Shown here piece by piece: positions 63,001 to 64,000 of a DNA stretch of 64,000 nt. The DNA is taken from assembly GCA_963693095.2 (NCBI GenBank), contig OY843768.1:480001-544000 (forward strand). The letters are read 5' to 3'. The notes beneath the pieces are model-generated. The model was not told where the DNA came from and ran no database searches. It saw nothing but the letters and a program-made list of their open reading frames with translations. Position 1 is the first letter of the stretch. The number at the start of each line of letters is the position of its first letter. Position numbers and translations under genes: made by a program. Origin of the DNA: Cenarchaeum sp. Its GTDB lineage: Archaea; Thermoproteota; Nitrososphaeria; Nitrososphaerales; Nitrosopumilaceae.

Positions 63001-64000
63001 GCTGCCGGCTCGGCGGTCCAGGCCGCCTTTACGGCACGAACCGTCGGCCTCGAGACGACGCGCGTGACGTTTGGCTCGGCGCTCGAGGGCACAGTCGACG
63101 TGGGCAACTGGTCGGTTCGCGATGACGGGGGGATGACGCGCGTGATATCGAGCATCGCGCTAGGGGATGCTGACGGCGCGCCGGTGGCAACGCCGGCTGA
63201 AGGCGCCACACCGGCGAGCGCGCACACCATAGCCGACGCGTCGACTGAGACGGTTCTTGTCATCACGCACGCATCGCTCTCCTCGACTACCTCGACGCCA
63301 GAGATCTCGTATGTCCGGCCGGCATCTGCCCCGACTGGAGGCCTGCTCTCGGAGGCCGGCACCCCGGTGGCCTCTGGCACCGACGAGTCAGATGACGCGA
63401 TACGGCCGACGTTTACGGCAAGGACGCTGACTGGCGGGTCGTCTGCGCTCACGTTTGGCGAGCGTGTCCACGGGACACTCGACGTTGCGCACTGGAGAAT
63501 AACGACTGTCGGCGGCTGGGATGGCACGGTGCTCGGGCCGTACACGCGCACCGCAACGAGCGTGTCGTATGTCAATACGCTGGGCACGACAGTCTCGGCC
63601 GTCGCCGGCACGCCCGTGACGATTGCCGAGGCCGACGCAACTGCGTCGCTGACCGTGGAATACTTTGCGGGCCACACATATGCGACCACGGCAATGATGC
63701 TCTACACGGCACCGACATCAGGCGCACTCGCCGACGCGCCAGACAATGCGCTGGCCTCGACGGCTGCCTCGCCAGTCGTCGCAGCCGACGGAGTCGCGCC
63801 CACCGTGGTGTCGGCCACATTCGCCGATCCGCTGACCGCAGGTGACCCCGTCACGCTCGTCTTGCGGTTTAGCGAGCCTGTCACGGTTCCGGGCTCGTGG
63901 CCCGCACATGCGCAGCTTGGCGTGCCGACTGTGACCAACCCCTCGCGTCCCATTGTACACCTGGCCTTCCCCAACACGGCAACTGCGGGGACCGCATACG
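36070..64000 (+). CDS. Giant secreted Ig-like/SwmB-like repeat protein, >=9,310 aa, 3'-partial (absent from ORF track)
   Basis: ATG 36070 gives signal peptide MGVGGGVLLVSALAVLALAALLPGALHGEAWA|QTDP. Frame +1 reads the same repeat motifs as giant 1 in the lines translated, up to ...LAFPNTATAGTAY at the window end. The ORF track lists no terminated frame +1 ORF here, which implies no in-frame stop. Confidence 0.92.
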   Translation, partial: MGVGGGVLLVSALAVLALAALLPGALHGEAWAQTDPDPAPEPEPVPSLSSAVTVSRESTRVTFPVNVWHGATPTAGWTVDDGQEHIVFGFVRESATSYLLRHSALLSTASTPVIGYDGTGTFVTDAGAMGAGTVTATDGVAPEVFRLECDCSNRVFLPPADPVVNPARRGNTITITFSEPLKESPAPTFEIRHTNRGGVGLPNTSVGDGFDVGGSTGDPRVTRHGDSRYGLYLLNEQAPAPQGDSFYLNFEDRVYHVTTTNIADAHGNTFGGTITTRISWYDPPTIAEYRPQYQPSPVVNSHTFSQTQTLVKFSQYVYPFHPNPPDRGVGGTAADRVRHWTVNDGVNRAVTDVQLHSATLTTGCNYDPPTTTRGTYCSLNLILTHAPLATTGSTPRVSYTPTGTDFLGQVTPAHRWAPRATAFTHLAEDYTLPTLISSTSTSRTTTEVKFSEPVQFGTSTAAQRAAHWRALEGTSPRTVSDVVMGDTRDTIVLVHDPVSTGSPPALSYVSGASEGRVRDMSVHQHQLTALPSQTPSDKIPPGFGAAVTSATSVTVTFDEAIVAATGTGARALAATDWTVETGSVTAATGNDIAVSSMAAGTTPGTYVLTLASPGITDEIGMPDTDIEAVIHVTYSAGVPTLVDSKGNAILDGETARATDAFAPIVLHTETTSPTTTVITLTERVSIKNDAIPSTNDDTIAIGHWQVRDTAVRAISAIAVTGDSTQVTLTHATVADVTSPPSVTYTQDGGQAFGRIIDAGGVEMRNFAGGGLETLIPRIVSATTTGPHTVSIELNKDIRYGDVTKISETLGLWAMNDGSPADQRYRVSNVAILPGDASVLTLTINSMTSPRDIPVYVPSSLLDGSALKLSYNNPMPSQESLYRDLRLDDSRGIPLVYREDVLVSDGIAPQITSASFASHDASTSPATGTIEVTFDENVRIATGMTAMPSDWTLTGGTTNTATSVSVTSYSISGNKATILLSMSGPPDTGYAPTISYTATGKMLDTIGNVLATPAAATVSDDVAPYLVSARTLSSTRTEVIVSEPVALSGLQAERLAEWRYTQGTVLDTSNILAPISITRGTDAARIDLAHAALADAADTIALRHTQGPVARIVDLATPPNGLVRGITHITSSDATPPLVKSAFFKSSTSIRVVFDEVMQDAALTQGVPVLAPGVTVVPPPADYESFSYAGMDSRAHVTFGAAQTLDASSGTMREYRFSVPTTLADSAGTAYVAPVGSYVSVAAHDGAPPEFSVTRASATSLHVTFDEPVRRVGASPPALATAHWRVETGDVPTPTLTADDIAASAVSLSGNVMTITLSGVTLAPDATPHVTHVGSPAQIEDLNSNALATGATAQVPDTTVPSILRAEFASLAIAADRSSATGTIRLTISEPVRVAGTPAASDWTLTGDTGGTATTLSIASYAVSGSTVDIAVSMSGTPHTGLTPTVSPSRAALLDMAGNALPTSASAVAADRILPVVLAGSTTSHLRTELTLSEQVTLHPRAPTQTSAFTFCYESCGTSRLTDNVTLLDLEDGNTIVISHASPVGTNNPLSVVYQPRTAGAGNLVSDLASPPNYLLDILIRSPVIATDGMPPRLHGIWFGSATSMTLRFSEPLNAATVTAAASATSPSGQFSVSGQTVTGAALNPARNEVTLTLSPGVAQDTTYTVTAPASLTDDMGNAHEAHPVTVRRTTDAPTLSQVSFEPHRVGRIVLHFSNAMDPRSVESLGPQFSYSPPPIFSTGYSAHMGQDPSEVRIFTTRLQILGVTTRTITVPTGLLDANGNAYAQPSTPHSAAPAPAPSVQTAAFTASNTILLTFNVNLDGDHIPATVRAAVPGFLPQNAAFSHSGNTATVMLSPAATEGQAYTIELPTTIRSTAGVRYVQPESSIMATYDTTPPLLSSVTVSRTSIIVEFNEPILSPPLSATLTRSSSSERIFVAPSLRPAGFEIPIATFNPVEGETFTVTLAFNDITDHAGNAWVAVPLAGIYDTTAPVIESAHFGAANVIVVRLSEALDDSTVPASVTVTPTGGTPVSATTSYTAGETSMTLTLLASAAADTPHTFRLPATLTDANGVAHMPSTASANRQTGTLSIEGHTYRIVSTQGVQSAEIYVRFSSPISPYSLDQLTNPILVRVGTSAGSDRLFSQERSNVPYSDTIQFTLSGSSTFNADDTLHVTVPAGLLATNGHSYPALVPPWSATLGLATGSLDTTPPTVASSAFTGDRTIRVTFSEALRATSLPTSVAVTLPDGRVVSAAFGPASGNSYDISLSTSQALSGVGGGGATYKFVIPSIVLDLAGNAYVQPTVPHSVRAFDVSPPTFSASLKSPTSLEVTFLEDVRHADFGTGMVIPTSHWRIETGNTSALDTSNDAALSSISRSGRVLTITLSGDGLEDDDTPHVTYTSSVPGFFDTAGNAIAAGTYARATDGAPPGVESIEFTARDVITVTFGESLAGTDAEITGMTYVVTAPDGTGPADADTDDDVIPLGTPIATHSKNADAHSVLAIKLGAAATHGVTYTVGLPAGLRDVPGNALVERAPAVEHDAAAPVATAVAYRVLPPTGDAPRLAPYSDYARIGDRVELTVTLDEAVSASPTVHFVGNTGAADSVTMTRVGMAESWRATYTVETMAQNARMIDGPFSFSMRALDTATQGANVALITASLGHAPSYTAPSPPVVDRTPPSATMALFLGRTVLAVKFDDVLVASTVPSAISSYSVSVPDGTVGAADGSPDTITPTQPVRQVTGADGTTRLEISIPFVAGRDMIAHTVTVPAGLADLAGNALASPVSLTTAHSSSLAFGASTGGLSHELFVTFAGAIAGSTVTSDWHVTHDGQRLTVIELEYMLQPASPGMQGETGGGSSINFDGLALNPANTFRLEMYPGDMLPPGATPSVTYTAPSGIARLGGIVDPANGGHVVTRTVTASDVIRPGILAAHVTSPTQVWVEFDEPLSAGTFDASRWAMTFGANVIQVGSASRAADHDSIELTLPAGVTLPQAMYASSSSNLRSAVIYSWPHASNPEISDLAGNHITAPIDIDGQTRRVSTNVFYDSYGPHAMSIAYAVLEPGATPTDPPVPRAAPFTTHARVGDTVRVTVDLDQDASAPPSVNFVGKTGSSGAVTMSRVTTGDDTDWTADYVVEDAVTLPTLDAFSFSMSATDRAVRGVLPPNMSTITESSGHTASLPTPPAVPTIDRIAPALDPATPPSISGSTLTVTFGEDVRGSPTVGLTTPSGDSRQVASTTSGSTLAVELGTTPTSGTFTLSIPATLTDLAGNARAPAAGTVTASHMAPFEATTASATTTLVTFGAALGGTLDVSHWSVTDPAVAITGISTVTADGMGQVTATPAGQGGTPAAVTQTVSSSPEATSLLIAHAAVPSGSTPRITHDPMQASGLSAAGSPVGGPHAVVASDGVAPSFTAMTAARTSTVVTFAEPVDGTTSAAEWTVGGAVAIPSPASPSAASEITLTHAPLGFTAGTPAVAYTGPATGNGDALADAAGNEVAHATPDAADGAPPVVDSVAYDSATRTITLAFSEGLAQSTAVVANFGVYGVSSSGVRTGSALALAATGGFAYTAGATADAGSTVALTLLADDTHASYKVTVSSLVTDTATTPNAYVPIVNPDDDALTDDSDIAVPKSDTAGPLAMAVSFVVYDDKLDPNIVSDTLDLTTARAGPYALYANADDTIRLSLTLNEDASTPPMITVPGTGRTPTATAMNNAGDTSARTWQHDVIVGATTAETSVTPFSFSILASDGATPANQQTITVTAGHMGAPMVALPTIDLTSPTSSSLTTAVRLAGAGSDSATVTTAGIGEEVRVNVTASEPLDALAGDIALFGRTGLATLGADTVETGSGNAYAYVRTIAGTDKSGLLEFSLMIRDRAGNAAASALTHSTVTSRVGVDAVAPTFTARTVSASSLTVTASEPLTGTTAAGDWTAVHSEPGRYIAASITGAVVSGSTVTITYGAIADTSFAPSVRYSGTGLADSARNALQGDASAADGRAPEFTARTSGTTTTTVMFGEPVSGTTAASEWTVGGMQATPSPLSPTTVREITLTHGEQSTGAKPSVSYTAPTGDGANSLTDASSNAAASDSVTAADAIAPTVMTATYDSTSRTISLTFSEGLSSTTVVAGNFVLYQTTAFGARSGLYPFALGGINYAPGADSSQPSTVSLTGISSSSDMFRVDISSNVEDTAGNSYTSADGPDGDVLISPADRRPPRVLSGMFVSARDIEVRFTEPLLQSSVPATVKVTPPSASEIDVAFSYGGSLTATISFTSARTLSADAATAPVYTYVIPSTVTDVSGTAYVQPDTPLSVRAHDATAPSFTAQTSSTSSVTVTFSEDVRASTSQAPAGSDWRVERSVASPFDMSNDISVSAVSLVGRALTLTLPDGAIDTGDRLHVTYVSASPSILDTAGNGLSEGTNVRAGDGVPPAVRTADFTEDDKIVVTFTEALSNTATEIPTLTYALTGPDGTGAPDDDTADDAIPLSATLPSLGAGAMTIAITLAGDAVADTTYTLTLPAGLADAHGNAIAVRSVMATYDASAPVATSISYRVLPPTGADTRPAPYANHARAGDRIEMTVTLNEATSSSPTVLFVGKVGSSEMVTMTRVGETNAWTAVYTVETAVQNSGLADGRFSFEMAVSDTATQGSNTGTVSATTGHAPAYVAPQPPLIDRNAPVPSAAFGDTRSIYVNFGEALTGTPTVIAGYPYTVTVPDGATGISDSDNDADSLALTSAMTSYDPSTFTLRLVLADPAIEDVLYTVVLPARDGLADAAGNALSALRPATEYELVRKITSGSIDNVTYDGTAASSLTVQSLSGSGLTPAEFAALTTAARERLASGESQISRATFGLPFGLERPAASSVDVTEWTVIEGAEGDVDSSCARVAGAGTERDVLSVVAVRDNAIVFEHDALSQTSSRAHAIYSPDAAPSVRALASCAYMADANALVRLEVRTASATPLGYPVDRLVAEFSEPVLAPDGFNLGLGIRHAPIAGVLGVLDVDRMTNLSTTVPVATVLITPAEYAFRLAPHPPTGTAATWETYQYELFSQTSFRAPTRADGTSVLAGPTAPQGGVLDGLPPAPVGAHSVSGSTAAVTFSEAPAASSFDGAGDDDATVTVLDSARNAREVTGAVLAGSVLTITTSTPPQATDTIEVVGVADAVGNVASRPEVVATTRASATTTVVTLSERVSGSTAALQWLVGTGADRARATGVAAGEASSVTADAAQDGGTAVPVTFEDTLTLLHAAHAGPGAPEVEYVRFDDERLRSSGVALGEPLPPLPAPTGARTASLETTVVTLNSEVTGSTSARQWTVTDSASGATSARALGVAPGDITDGATAPTADTALDGSTPVAISSSAITLLHAPLSSTASTPVVSYAHTGTERLSTFVGTMAATASPHVTATDGIAPGLAATGDALYTRAGAPKEMPELRFVTSRVSAKGFFDNVQVLVTPTENLANYVAADTTFFAGEVDGNGVSLAKSAMSASLMSTSPLLYNFTSMSIVASDPNGPIKFSVVMRDAAGNTATVTHDDLATMAARNAAYGYHTEVITMGATATAVFAGPSIVVTFGAHMGGTAETIQGYTYAVTVPDNTLGDSPDDDSAADVITPSSIVYAEQAETSTLTIMLPEDTDTAGIVHTLALPAALVDVAGYAPATTSFTLTAPPTFEAESFQGRDAVVTLTGTVTGRLNDDDWSFSRGESTYDASVTYMLSDGRRGSSSIVLDTVPLDPANTFTVVPSLPAGVSVDGLTLTYTPPSGSGSSPLVDPSTQFSIGPRSIVVSDGTAPDISAVSGVSSTQVRVTLTERVMLADGATSLDVSRWSSQTRNLDGTIVGTRTFALAELGEDGMSITLTAASGQTIDPKFYVAPTTRFFLEYVRAAGASADLVDIAGNAPLRMASLSVVDIAPPRATAISYAVTEPAPGGGTPTARAGNFANYAREGDMITVDVTLDQPAAASPKVLFVGKAGTSNEVTMTQGANAMSWSATYTVEGATAAQGIDGAFSFEIAVKDTIAVPNEATITPSDGHVSSYTAPAPPVIDRVDPVPALEFVVPTTIRVDFGETVLVPTTTLVITNPAGSTVASSDYTVSHDASRLDAAFRANLADGTWAVAIPSGVTDLAGNTPTATSVSGAYVGQPSIAGAMTASRTLTVVALNGAVSGTTAALQWSLTDGATAVIVRGVADGDTTGNTTPVTADTAAGRDTSVAVTLPQVTLLHDTLSSTASTPTVSYAHSTFSGRLARGPLELASTPSTVATDAAPPVVGPTPTFNDRTLTITLSFSEGLAPLTAVAANFDVYGVMASGARTASALALAATDGFAYTAGAAATDASTVTLKLAGTDTHASYRVVISPLVTDTATPANAYVPIPDSNPTDTVDDADIAVAKVDTIAPSASSLRFAVYDDQLDESTQGDTLDLGTLRAGDNALFANEGDTIRLTLELDEDAAGTPMVTIPGTGRTPTTPMGNAGDTDAKTWIHDLEVTSTTVETATAAFTFTIAVADDTTPTANTRDITESSGLGTGVTVTVPTIDRTAPGLLTTTTVDALHTRVRIAGQGADAAASTVAGIGDEVRVAVSATEELVTATSDITFHGMAGAVATAVDDGVGNAHTYRRTVADSDATGPVSFSLVLADRAGNTTTLTEANLTADRGTGSGRRVSVDADAPSIESARTVSTTSLEVTLSENVTGTSANGDWAVAGATNVVVSPFSGSTTTITLTYTDTADTSFAPMVTYTEPATGGPVDAGRNALGGGLVSAVDGVSPTYTARTDTATSTVVTFGEQVSGTTSVGEWSVGGNAATPTPAMPNRAGTITLSHASTGTTGATPAVQYTKPAAGMDGNAIADISSNKVATAAPVATDGAPPVVSTAGYDDTNFTITLVFSERIVDSTVTASNIAVYGVTTAGARTANALALDTAVDTDGIEHDMTSLTASTVTLHLGAEDTHASYKVTVSSSITDTASPANAYVPVVNPDGDAATDDSDIGVVKVDTIAPTFTMSTVQPDITLVTFDDDINGLVAASHWTMMGAPLGDPTRAPVSAPIFGLTIGDVVNNAGQATPVIGSTMVAAGSEFRTLSFAHPYLETGASHTLAYTKPTGLAAGQSALADESGNDLASTVPPHAKSADIIAPYYFANTRTPQVTNILFTEGIGGTARAADWTVTDEDDGDAATDEERRVLSVRPGRHMSAEDAADRRTSSTVPPGSTFITLTHEPLSLTSSTPSIRYTLPTGSALDSALADAAGLRLGTPSFVDATAAVESVDLMSPSIAAVSFTDRSEGDYTVSLITFTEQLASVHPIGVTLTPVDPQGSVITGQSDAQSTTLVPTGTYMLVNWPSIIAEGRYNLGFTTTLSDMRAPANAYVADPLPVARDTTAPTFSARTASTSSVTVTFSETVSGSTAASMWFVDTVRASTVTVGTDAPSSGALDVDSITSITLGLANPLSGPDATPQVSYVKPSSGGLADDQPFVVSLNSLESDSVTAVDGIAPVIASASAASATSVTVMLSEGVTGATAPGEWRVGTATPESVTIAGVTQTGVLTVAAAADSLTLNLRSADSLAPGATPSVSYVAPTGPGATVLTDGVSPLSGTPVTAIDATAPRIASAATATVTSVTVMLSEGVTGATAPGEWRVGTATPESVTIAGVTQTGALTVTVATDSLTLNLRSADTLAPGATPSVSYVAPTGQGATALTDGTSALSGTPVIATDGIAPAIASAATVTVKSVAVTLTEGVTGATARGEWRVGTAVPESVTIAGVTQTGALTVTVATDSLTLTLDADDALTTGATPSVSYVAPTGQGATALTDGVNPLSGTPVSATDGIAPTASAAFGSPTAIVVTFSEALAGTASAISGYTYAVKVPDGSTGIADADADPDDVALASTNGASYDVASRTLTLNLAGGATRGVEYTVTLPDEDGLDDSAGVELASRELRTTYALVRSISGGEVDNVTHAGTPAASLTTASFLGSGLTDAEFGALSAEARTRLASGTSQVSRASFDAPFGPEAPTPSSVDLTEWTVIEGGADAVSDSCARVDSRGTDRDVLSIVAVRDTHMLLEHESLTYTSSRAHVIYAPDSSPSVVAAAGCAYMVDGNAHVGLGAVTASSSAAGYPADRIVATFSEPVGHVASDAGASGASSGMTITWRDADDTADRLLTVGGSGLASDGSTSTVTVVVPGASPLDDIAAAGSTTAAHWTTYALGIRADLSLGGVVDTAGAMIPRAGTTILSGVADALAPAPTTRTISGTTVTQAFSEDITTDADDFADGTATITVTAPDATSRSVTSVTKPTASTLSFVLDPPVGERDVVEYSGISDAAGNVSVKPAVTGVRKVSSTTTLVTLNTPVSGSTDASQWFVTGSAAGEVRARAAGVAAGEASTVTADAAGNAAVTATIEDTFTILHSALADSSVPSVEYVQAGTRRVGASGLLLGSPMPVPMVPTVAGAMTTSATTTVVTLSEPVTGMTTAMQWFVTGSATGEARARAAGVASGVSTSVAADATGTTAVAVSSGSLTILHGALQAGSKPVIEYVQAGAEMLSTIAGALQATASPHVTATDGVAPTILSAEFTGTSTITVTLSERLAGTAQSIEALQYVVTAPDGTGAPDADTDDDTIPPHPTIGPSYAEQDDTSTIVLRLASDGVDGVTYKVTLPATLEDESQNALVGLERSATRDASPPLATAISFEVYGNVLDATTLKSGASALYAMAGDTIRMSLTLDEVHNASPPTITIPGAGVTGAAMGTAGDSDARTWRHDLTVMSSTAETTDASPFSFTVSVRDTALAPNSGTITARDGHSGVLDVALPTVDRTAPTFTATPYVNGTGVMVLFDEPVSGAVLPSQWEVKSQAAEALHPSFIDTDRITSVDTAEVLAVQLLASVGFIDNQLGALVVFTPASPPTLADRAGNTLGETRTNTIAFDTTPPTFTAVTTTTTTTTVTFSEPVLGPATASHWTVGGVQPTSAAPSPIDRNVSIELTHADVSAPFTPTIGYTKPTTNADLIVDDLGNQLETQSRAAAAGSAVQAAFTARTVGLETTRVTFGSALEGTVDVGNWSVRDDGGMTRVISSIALGDADGAPVATPAEGATPASAHTIADASTETVLVITHASLSSTTSTPEISYVRPASAPTGGLLSEAGTPVASGTDESDDAIRPTFTARTLTGGSSALTFGERVHGTLDVAHWRITTVGGWDGTVLGPYTRTATSVSYVNTLGTTVSAVAGTPVTIAEADATASLTVEYFAGHTYATTAMMLYTAPTSGALADAPDNALASTAASPVVAADGVAPTVVSATFADPLTAGDPVTLVLRFSEPVTVPGSWPAHAQLGVPTVTNPSRPIVHLAFPNTATAGTAY
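58435..59433 (+). repeat. Three near-identical tandem 333-bp (111-aa) coding repeats within giant gene 2
   Basis: Equivalent GTG codons at 58486, 58819 and 59152, with long identical tracts such as GAGTCAGTCACGATAGCCGGCGTGACGCAGACTGGCG in all three. Confidence 0.92.

Noticed and set aside
36241-63977. Many long minus-strand ORFs (up to 830 aa) and short frame +2 ORFs over the giant 2 region, and likewise over giant 1
   Set aside because: Antisense and shadow frames of a GC-rich Thr/Ser/Ala/Val-rich gene. They have no motifs, and the real gene is the unlisted frame +1 ORF.

Overview
High-GC archaeal chromosome segment, most consistent with a Nitrososphaerota (Thaumarchaeota) genome of the Cenarchaeum/Nitrosopumilaceae type. 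The evidence is TATA boxes about 30 nt before start codons, an intron-containing tRNA-Tyr with a bulge-helix-bulge, archease, ScpA/ScpB and the archaeal shikimate genes. 1-13.1 kb holds mostly housekeeping genes: the 3' end of a low-GC restriction-modification-like gene, archease, an ABC/AAA ATPase, a DEDD exonuclease, tRNA-Tyr, Zn-ADH, scpAB and aroA'-aroB'-aroD-aroE-aroK-aroA. From 13.2 kb on, about 68% of the window is two giant secreted Ig-like repeat proteins. One is about 5,223 aa (13272-28943). The other is missing from the ORF track because it has no stop codon in the window (36070->64000, at least 9,310 codons). Both giant genes have the same upstream layout: GATCWCGTT, poly-G tract, TTATATA, then ATG about 30 nt later. 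This suggests phase variation. Between them lies a lower-GC minus-strand cassette of candidate defence genes: a GHKL/MORC-ATPase fused to an AbiEi-like domain and coupled to an AbiEii-like nucleotidyltransferase, a 46-bp tandem repeat, and an ABC-ATPase + YwgA/Panacea-like + 2-TM operon. The giant proteins show low-GC variable patches, Cys-paired loops, nested circularly permuted domain insertions, segmental duplications and signs of gene conversion. All product calls come from motifs read by eye; no database searches were run.
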